Below are positions 1 through 5,090 of a stretch of 58,104 nucleotides of DNA, one piece after another (positions within the stretch are counted from its first letter, which is position 1; the number at the start of each line of letters is the position of its first letter). The translations under genes were made by a program, and so were the position numbers. The notes below the pieces were generated by a model, which worked only from the letters and a program-made list of their open reading frames with translations, was not told the origin of the DNA and searched no databases. The stretch comes from Pseudomonadota bacterium. GTDB lineage: Bacteria > Pseudomonadota > Gammaproteobacteria > Burkholderiales > JAJZQI01. The stretch lies in assembly GCA_021847305.1 (NCBI GenBank), contig JAJZTZ010000001.1, positions 1 to 58,104 of the forward strand, given 5' to 3'.

Positions 1-153
1 TAAGGGGCATCACGCCCGTGATGCGGTCTACGGACCCAGTCAGTCGACTGTATTTCCTGAAGTGAGAATCACAAAACCATCTTGGGAGTGAAGCGGAATC
101 GCCGCAGTGGGAAAAACGTGGCCTGCGAAAAATCTAAAAAGGGGTTTTTATAC

Positions 154-225
154 AGCTTGAACGTTTGAATTCAGCGGACGGCAAAAGCGCAGCTTTTGAC
201 GGTCCGCTGGAATGATTTGTTAGCT
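154..225 (-). repeat. attC site 1
   Basis: + strand reads AGCTTGAAC GTTTGAATTCAGCGGACGGC [AAAAGCGCAGCTTTT] GACGGTCCGCTGGAATGATTT GTTAGCT. It is an imperfect hairpin with a bulged G on the right arm. The right box GTTAGCT is complementary to AGCTAAC at 638-644. Confidence 0.75.
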
Positions 226-632
226 TACTCATCCTTGCGCATGGCCTCGGAAATTGGTGAGAAAAATGCAAGTGCAAGAATGGCACCGTCAGTTAAACCT
301 GTGAGAGAACCCACTAGGTTGTCTAATGGGACAGTGATGGCCATACCGCTAAAGGGAACAGAGGCAACGCTTACTACAACAATGGCGAGTAGCAGCCAAC
401 GCCCCCAAGACAAGAACAATAAAAGGCCAATAGAAGAGACAACTTTCCCAAGCCCAATGGATAGGTAAAAGAAGGGGTGTTGTGTCCATGAATGGGAGCC
501 ATACCCGCCCCACGCCAGGAGGTTGGACACTTCCTTGGGGAATGCTCGTGGCGAATAGGGCAAAAAGAACCAAAGCAGGTAGGAAACCAGCGAGGCCAAA
601 ACGAGTAATTGGAATATGCGAGTGCGCGCCAT
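225..632 (-). CDS. Hypothetical small polytopic membrane protein (135 aa), cassette A
   Basis: This is the C-terminal 135 codons of track ORF 225..1121. An ATG at 632 lies 5 nt inside the cassette. The sequence MARTRIFQLLVLASLVSYLLWFF... has 3-4 hydrophobic segments. The rest of the 298-aa ORF crosses two attC sites and is discarded. No clear SD. Confidence 0.55.
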   Translation of the reverse strand: MARTRIFQLLVLASLVSYLLWFFLPYSPRAFPKEVSNLLAWGGYGSHSWTQHPFFYLSIGLGKVVSSIGLLLFLSWGRWLLLAIVVVSVASVPFSGMAITVPLDNLVGSLTGLTDGAILALAFFSPISEAMRKDE

Positions 633-637
633 GTGAA

Positions 638-701
638 AGCTAACGTTTAAGCTCAGGCGCGGCGCGCTTTTGCGCCGTCGCGCTGGAGCGCAGGGTTGGG
701 C
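638..701 (-). repeat. attC site 2
   Basis: AGCTAAC GTTTAAGCTCAGGCGCGGCGCGC TTTT GCGCCGTCGCGCTGGAGCGCAGG GTTGGGC. The two boxes of this site are not complementary to each other, but each matches the box across the adjacent cassette. Confidence 0.8.
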
Positions 702-724
702 GTGAAGACAATCGGAGAGAGAGC

Positions 725-973
725 ATGAAACTTGAACAAGTTGAGGTAAATAAAGAACAACTGAAGCTGGCAGAAGAAGCGCTACGGCGAGCAGGCGCTG
801 AATTAAAAACTGCATGGACACTGCTGAAGCACAATGGGATGGAGCCGACGGCAAAAGAACTGGCAGACACTGTGCTTGATGTGGAAATTTCAGCGGATCA
901 ACTGCGCGAATTTTTGACGCCCAACGTTCAAGGTAACCGGCCTGCCGCGCTTTTTGCGGCAGGTCCGGGTTGA
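725..973 (+). CDS. Hypothetical 82-aa helical protein, cassette B (inverted relative to inferred attC polarity)
   Basis: ATG is preceded by GGAGAGAGAG. The sequence MKLEQVEVNKEQLKLAEEALRRAGAELK... is charged and coiled-coil-like. The ORF ends inside attC 3. The antisense 76-aa ORF is Ser/Leu-rich and looks spurious. Confidence 0.45.
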   Translation: MKLEQVEVNKEQLKLAEEALRRAGAELKTAWTLLKHNGMEPTAKELADTVLDVEISADQLREFLTPNVQGNRPAALFAAGPG

Positions 974-987
974 CCGCAGGGTTGGGC
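919..987 (-). repeat. attC site 3
   Basis: GCCCAAC GTTCAAGGTAACCGGCCTGCCGC GCTTTTT GCGGCAGG-T-CCGG-G-TTGACCGCAGG GTTGGGC. The right arm carries unpaired T and G. Confidence 0.85.
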
Positions 988-993
988 GTCGCG

Positions 994-1398
994 CTACCGA
1001 GAGAGGGCATACCGTAGGCCATAGCCACCAAGAGTGGGTACGAACACGAAGGCCGCTTTTGAGTACCAACGCGCATACCACATGGGCTCGTCGCCAAGCG
1101 AAAACCCGAATTGGATTTCACCGGTTGCTTGAGCGGACCAGTAATCGAGTGCAGGGAAGAAAGCCCAGACTAGACCACCTATCAGAGCTGGAATTACTTG
1201 ACCAAGGGACAACACGTCAAATTTCAGCAGCGCGATACAGACGGCAAGTACTCCTCCAACTCGAAGGAGAACAGAGAGGCTGGTTTCAAAATTGACGTTG
1301 ATTGCGCCGGAAAACTTCCAGACTCCGAGAGCCAGCAGGCCGACGACAACTACTGCGATTACGACAAAAGCGTTTTCATCATTTGAACTGTTGCTCAC
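994..1398 (-). CDS. Hypothetical small membrane protein (134 aa), cassette C
   Basis: A GTG at 1398 is preceded by AAGGAGG with a 7-nt spacer. The ATG used by the ORF track (1437) lies inside the attC 4 core box. The sequence ...AFVVIAVVVVGLLALGVW..., GGVLAVCIALL, ALIGGLVWAFF has several hydrophobic segments. Confidence 0.55.
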   Translation of the reverse strand: MSNSSNDENAFVVIAVVVVGLLALGVWKFSGAINVNFETSLSVLLRVGGVLAVCIALLKFDVLSLGQVIPALIGGLVWAFFPALDYWSAQATGEIQFGFSLGDEPMWYARWYSKAAFVFVPTLGGYGLRYALSR

Positions 1399-1425
1399 TG
1401 CAATGCCTCCTTGGAGAAATGAGAT

Positions 1426-1498
1426 GCCCAACGTCAAAGCTCAGGGGCAGGACAAAAGCGCAGCTTTTGGCCTGTCCCTCTGGAGCGCCGTGTTGGGC
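1426..1498 (-). repeat. attC site 4
   Basis: GCCCAAC GTCAAAGCTCAGGGGCAGGAC [AAAAGCGCAGCTTTT] GGCCTGTCCCTCTGGAGCGCCGT GTTGGGC. The extra bases are on the right arm. Confidence 0.85.
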
Positions 1499-1523
1499 GA
1501 CATTGACTCACCATGTACGCAGC

Positions 1524-1778
1524 TTATTTGATTACAGCTAACCAAGCCGCAACTGCACTTACAAGTGAGGCAACAGCAGAAAATACGGCCACCAGCCAAA
1601 GACGGTGCTCACGCAGGTGCCGTTCAGCTTCCAGTACCCGGCGTTGTAATTCATAGTCATCAGCAATTATCGGCACGTTCCCACGGCCTGGAACGACTAC
1701 CGACTGGTCTGTTTCCATGATGACACCCAATTGCTCAGCTCTTTTTCGTAGCGCATCGCCGACGAGAAGTTTTTTCAT
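1524..1778 (-). CDS. Hypothetical 84-aa tail-anchored protein, second gene of cassette D
   Basis: The ATG lies 2 nt after the stop of the upstream M48 gene. A soluble N-terminal part has a helical stretch (DYELQRRVLEAERHLREHR). A single C-terminal TM segment follows (LWLVAVFSAVASLVSAVAAWLAVI). Confidence 0.6.
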   Translation of the reverse strand: MKKLLVGDALRKRAEQLGVIMETDQSVVVPGRGNVPIIADDYELQRRVLEAERHLREHRLWLVAVFSAVASLVSAVAAWLAVIK

Positions 1779-1780
1779 CT

Positions 1781-3016
1781 CTATTCACCAATCAATTGAA
1801 CATAGACCGGGCGAATGGAAACTGAGCTGTACCGAATTTGCTTCAACGGAATGCCGAATTCCTTCTGTTCGTAGGGCTGCATGGGAGACCATGGAATTTC
1901 ATCTCTCATCAGGACCATCTGACCATTCAGATATTCCAGGGCGACAATAGCATGCGAGATTTGCTTCCCGGAGGTGTTGACCGCAACACCGAATAAACCC
2001 CGCCCCCCACCGCTTGCGTTTGCAACCTGCAACCTTAAAAATTGGAGTCTTTGCGCAGCAAGGCGTTGCTGTTCCAGTTGTTTCGTTTGGCGCTTAAGCT
2101 GTTCCGTCTTGGCTTCCGTTGCCTCTACATAGGAATTTGCAACTGTTTCGAGCAGGGCCGCAAATCCGCCTCCTTCGCCAGCCTTGGCCGTTGAAGGTTT
2201 GCTGTACGAATAAAGGGCATTGTTCGTCAGAAGCTTTTCGTGCTCCGGGTTGATTTCGCCGGGAACAAGATATTGCTGTACCGCAGAAGCGTATTTCACC
2301 ATGTTCTTGGCGCGATCATCGTTGAGCGGGTGATCGAACATCATGTCGCCTGTATAGCTCCCCATCGCTTGGTGCATGCGGTTCCATACCCGGACACCCA
2401 CTGAGGGGTCGTAACCCGCTAAAGCCAAATAAAGGGTGGAGTACTTGTCCGCTTCGGCTTCTTGGTTCGTGGTAAAGCTGGCGTCAAAGCCTTTTTCCTT
2501 TCTCAGCCCTTTGTCGGCGAGCTTGGCAATCGCCAACTTGCCTCCCTTCTCGCTAGCGTGGCGAGCGGACACATGGGCCATTTCATGAGCGAGAACAGCA
2601 GCCAGTTCGCTGTCATCTCTGAGGCCAACTTCGCCCTGAAAAATTCCGGAGAAAACAAACATTTTTCCTCCCCCAATTGTGAAAGCGTTCCATTCTGGAG
2701 AATCCAAAACGTGGACTTCCCAGGGTAGTTGCTTTCTATGCGTCACTGTTTTCAGGCGATTGAATACACGATTGACCCTCTCGTAGTAAGGCGTTTCTCC
2801 GTCAATTTTTATCCCTTTTTGCTTTGCTTGGGACAATATCTGTCGCTGCGCTTCTTCCGCTTGGCGGATTTCTTGCTCCTCAGAGACGAGATTAATCTGA
2901 CGCTGGCCGGTTACAGGGTCACGCGACGAGACGCCATCACTGACTGCCATCATGCCTTTATCGATTGAGGCGCATCCTGTGAGCGCGACGACCAGAACAA
3001 CAGAAAATAGCCGCAT
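1781..3016 (-). CDS. M48-family zinc metalloprotease-like lipoprotein with an uncharacterised C-terminal extension, cassette D
   Basis: The lipoprotein signal MRLFSVVLVVALTGC has lipobox LTGC. The HExxH motif is in LAHEMAHVSARH (His codon at 2585-2587). An SD-like AAGGTGG lies 6 nt before the ATG at 3016. The C-terminal ~150 aa (coiled coil plus beta-rich part) is not recognisable. Confidence 0.8.
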   Translation of the reverse strand: MRLFSVVLVVALTGCASIDKGMMAVSDGVSSRDPVTGQRQINLVSEEQEIRQAEEAQRQILSQAKQKGIKIDGETPYYERVNRVFNRLKTVTHRKQLPWEVHVLDSPEWNAFTIGGGKMFVFSGIFQGEVGLRDDSELAAVLAHEMAHVSARHASEKGGKLAIAKLADKGLRKEKGFDASFTTNQEAEADKYSTLYLALAGYDPSVGVRVWNRMHQAMGSYTGDMMFDHPLNDDRAKNMVKYASAVQQYLVPGEINPEHEKLLTNNALYSYSKPSTAKAGEGGGFAALLETVANSYVEATEAKTEQLKRQTKQLEQQRLAAQRLQFLRLQVANASGGGRGLFGVAVNTSGKQISHAIVALEYLNGQMVLMRDEIPWSPMQPYEQKEFGIPLKQIRYSSVSIRPVYVQLIGE

Positions 3017-3081
3017 GTCGAACCACCTTTCCTTACGTGTCCTGCCCTCAAATATTGCTTGCATAGAACGCCTCTCTTGTC

Positions 3082-3147
3082 GCCCAACGTTTGAATTAAC
3101 CGGCTGGCGCGCTTTTGCGCCAGTCCGGGTTGAATGATGGGTTGGGC
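3082..3147 (-). repeat. attC site 5
   Basis: GCCCAAC GTTTGAATTAACCGGCTGGCGC GCTTTT GCGCCAG-T-CCGG-G-TTGAATGATGG GTTGGGC. Confidence 0.85.
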
Positions 3148-3155
3148 ATAGCCGA

Positions 3156-4091
3156 CTACTCCATAAGCTGCAAAATGCCGAGAGCCTTTCCTGTTAACTC
3201 CCTTGTTGAGTTTGGCGTGATGTTGGAAACCCCAAGGCTTGCAAGGTCAGCCTTCACATCTTTCCAGAGGTAGTAGGTATCGTCAGAAGAGACTTCAAGG
3301 TAAAACCGTGTCCATTTGTCTTGGTCTTGGCGGTGGAGGATGGGAGCAGCTTGATATACATGAACGTATTTTCTGGTACCGCGTTTCTCAGTATATGCCT
3401 CGACAACCAAGTCACCCGGTTTTGCTTCTGATCGGAAGCGGGACTTGCCAGACCAACGAATTGAACGTACCTCATAGCCATCTTTTTCGACGTGCTTTTC
3501 TGCTTCCTCAAGCCCTTGTAGCTCGAATGACTCCTCGGCACTGGTGATTCGTTCGCTAAGCTGGCGCGTTGAAATAAACCACACGCGCGATTCACCAACA
3601 GTTATTTTCTTCTTGCTTTGGCGGCTAAAGCCGGAGGCGCGGACAACTGGCAGTGCTTCTATTCGCTGAAGAAACTCCTCAGTAACTTGGATGGACTCGC
3701 TCTTGACGTTCTCGATGAATCCTTGAACCAAGCCCGCAATTTGAGAGTCGTCTGTGAATAATGAAGCTTCGCAGGTGCCGACACCTGCATTTTCTGAAAG
3801 ATTCGCAGATCCAATTAACGAGTGGTTGTCGATGACGGCCACTTTAGAGTGCAATCCATCGAAGGAATAGAGTTCGGCTCCTTGATCGAAGAATGCTCGC
3901 AGAACTGAGGCCGATGTTAAGCCGCCTTTGATTGCATCATCGGATGCGTCACAGATAAGTAAATCGCCTTGGCGGAAATCAAGGTGTCGCGCTGTCACAT
4001 AAGAAATGGCGGCGCGTATGCGTTTGTGGTTTGCCGATTGCTGAGACAACTCAGCCCACAGGTCATCACTCAGGAGCGTTTTCATAGTCAT
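3156..4091 (-). CDS. Single-HKD phospholipase D-family (Nuc/BfiI-like) nuclease domain fused to an unknown ~170-aa C-terminal domain, cassette E
   Basis: The motif LHSKVAVIDNHSLIGSANLS fits HxK(x)4D(x)5GSxN (nt 3801-3851). The N-terminal ~135 aa resembles PLDc_2. The start is uncertain: TTG at 4103 lies inside the attC core, and ATGs occur at 4091 and 4085. No SD. Confidence 0.8.
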   Translation of the reverse strand: MTMKTLLSDDLWAELSQQSANHKRIRAAISYVTARHLDFRQGDLLICDASDDAIKGGLTSASVLRAFFDQGAELYSFDGLHSKVAVIDNHSLIGSANLSENAGVGTCEASLFTDDSQIAGLVQGFIENVKSESIQVTEEFLQRIEALPVVRASGFSRQSKKKITVGESRVWFISTRQLSERITSAEESFELQGLEEAEKHVEKDGYEVRSIRWSGKSRFRSEAKPGDLVVEAYTEKRGTRKYVHVYQAAPILHRQDQDKWTRFYLEVSSDDTYYLWKDVKADLASLGVSNITPNSTRELTGKALGILQLME

Positions 4092-4097
4092 AGAAAT

Positions 4098-4163
4098 GCC
4101 CAACGTGGAGTTGAGCGAGCGGAGCGCCGCAGGCGCGGAGTCCGCTCGAACGGAGGGTTAGAT
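4098..4163 (-). repeat. attC site 6
   Basis: GCCCAAC GTGGAGTTGAGCGAGCGGAGCGCCGC AGGC GCGGAGTCCGCTCGAACGGAGG GTTAGAT. The boxes are non-complementary within the site. Each matches its neighbour cassette box. Confidence 0.8.
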
Positions 4164-4458
4164 GCTGCACATTTACACAGCGAAGTTTCAATCGGCAACG
4201 GATTACCTTGACCAGTGCGGTGAGGTTGAATTCCGTGGCGGGTTTGAGCCGGAGAAGCTGATTTACGCCGACTGCTGCGGGAAACAACGGCCAGCAAAAG
4301 ACTGTGTTGTGCAGTGCTACTACGATGGCCAGAGCATCTGGTGCGCACCTGAAAAGGGCTGCAAAGACCCGCAAGTGATTGCGGCGAAGAAGGCACGAGA
4401 GTTTGCGAATCGGAGTGCAGGACAAAAGGCTCGATGGGCGAAGGCATCTAACGTTTAG
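4162..4458 (+). CDS. Hypothetical Cys-rich 98-aa protein, cassette F (inverted)
   Basis: The ATG overlaps the GTTAGAT box. Seven Cys fall within ~50 residues (DQCGEV, DCCGK, KDCVVQCYYDGQSIWCAPEKGC), followed by a basic C-terminal tail. The two 119-aa antisense ORFs cross attC 6 and look spurious. Confidence 0.45.
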   Translation: MLHIYTAKFQSATDYLDQCGEVEFRGGFEPEKLIYADCCGKQRPAKDCVVQCYYDGQSIWCAPEKGCKDPQVIAAKKAREFANRSAGQKARWAKASNV

Positions 4459-4509
4459 CTTAAGGGGCGCGCGGCTTTTCGCGCGTCCCGCTTGAAGCGC
4501 CTGTTAGGC
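4446..4509 (-). repeat. attC site 7
   Basis: ATCTAAC GTTTAGCTTAAGGGGCGCGCG GCTTTTC GCGCG-T-CCCGC-TTGAAGCGCCT GTTAGGC. The reverse complement reads GCCTAAC..CTTCAAGCGGGAC...CCCTTAAGCTAAAC GTTAGAT. Confidence 0.85.
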
Positions 4510-4524
4510 GCTATTGGAGGAAAG

Positions 4525-4716
4525 ATGAAACCGAAAGACATTATGTTTTCCGTGAACGAATACGACCGCGATGGTGATTGCACCGACAAGGGTGTATTCC
4601 TCCATTTCGGAGAAACGAAGGTAAAGGCTGCGGACGGCATCAAGGAATTTGCCGAGATCGTGCGCCACTTCGAGGCGATGGTGGAAGAAATTGAAACCAA
4701 CTATGCGGACGCCTAA
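4525..4716 (+). CDS. Hypothetical acidic 63-aa protein, cassette G (inverted)
   Basis: The ATG is preceded by GGAGGAAAG. The sequence is MKPKDIMFSVNEYDRDGDCTDKGVFLHFGETKV... The stop TAA lies inside the GCCTAAC box. The track ORF starts earlier (4492), inside attC 7. Confidence 0.45.
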   Translation: MKPKDIMFSVNEYDRDGDCTDKGVFLHFGETKVKAADGIKEFAEIVRHFEAMVEEIETNYADA

Positions 4717-4760
4717 CGTAAATTAGGCGGCGTTGGAAAAGTGGTGTCACGCCGCCTAAA
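4711..4760 (-). repeat. Degenerate terminal attC-like hairpin (half site)
   Basis: The sequence is GCCTAAC GTAAATTAGGCGGCG [17-nt loop] CGCCGCCTAAATCTA. The inner box is complementary to GTTAGGC at 4503-4509. There is no outer core box and there are no bulged bases. Confidence 0.55.
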
Positions 4761-5025
4761 TCTATTTATTAAATTTATATCCATTAAATAACAATAACTT
4801 AATAATCGCATTTGCTTTTAACCCAACCTAAAAAAATGCGGATGAAAGTTCATGTTCTACATAAACATCCTTGCCCTTCCTGCCATGATATGCGGACATT
4901 TGGATTATGACAAATGATTGGATTTATCACTTATTTTCACTTCAACAAGAGCGTGCCAAAAGACAAAACAGAGCCCGTGGCCTTAGGGTTCTGGTCGCGA
5001 AGGGATAAAACGGACTAACAGGAAT

Positions 5026-5079
5026 GGCGCAAAGCCGAGATACCGCATTAAACGGTATCTTGATGGCTTGCTTTGTGCC
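5026..5079 (-). terminator. Compound hairpin downstream of gltX (putative terminator)
   Basis: The inner stem is AGATACCG/CGGTATCT (5038-5060). The outer stem is GGCGCAAAGC/GCTTTGTGCC. Only a weak U-tract follows on the - strand. Confidence 0.4.
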
Positions 5080-5090
5080 CTAACCGAAGG

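Larger units (their letters stand above)
1..4760 (-). mobile_element. Integron-type gene cassette array (at least 7 complete cassettes, one more cut by the window edge); no integrase gene in the window
   Basis: Eight attC-like imperfect palindromes (RYYYAAC ... GTTRRRY) lie 0.2-1.6 kb apart, with 1-2 short ORFs in each interval. The inward-facing core boxes of every interval are exact reverse complements. The region looks less GC-rich than the core genes to its right (not computed). Confidence 0.85.

Noticed and set aside
196-468. 90-aa + strand ORF in cassette A
   Set aside because: It is antisense to the hydrophobic membrane-protein ORF, it starts at a TTG inside attC 1, and its composition is unremarkable with no RBS.
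225-1121. 298-aa - strand ORF as a single gene
   Set aside because: It runs through two attC sites (638-701, 919-987) and another cassette. Only the last 135 codons lie within one cassette and look like a real membrane protein.
4066-4447. Two overlapping 119-aa - strand ORFs in cassette F
   Set aside because: Both cross attC 6 into the neighbouring cassette and are Leu/Arg/Ser-rich. The + strand Cys-rich ORF is more protein-like, though this remains uncertain.
702-4716. Toxin-antitoxin pairs in the inverted cassettes B, F and G
   Set aside because: Each inverted cassette holds only one plausible ORF, and none shows a toxin or antitoxin motif I can recognise. The idea is kept only as a weak possibility.
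154-4760. The repeated palindromes as a CRISPR array or REP/BIME elements
   Set aside because: The repeats are imperfect hairpins of variable sequence and length, separated by 0.2-1.6 kb of ORF-containing DNA, so they are not CRISPR. The reciprocal complementarity of the boxes across each interval fits attC sites, not REPs.
4761-5025. Hidden integrase remnant, attI site or small RNA in the AT-rich spacer
   Set aside because: No ORF longer than about 24 codons and no recombinase-like fragment was seen in any frame by eye. An attI or promoter function cannot be established from the sequence alone.
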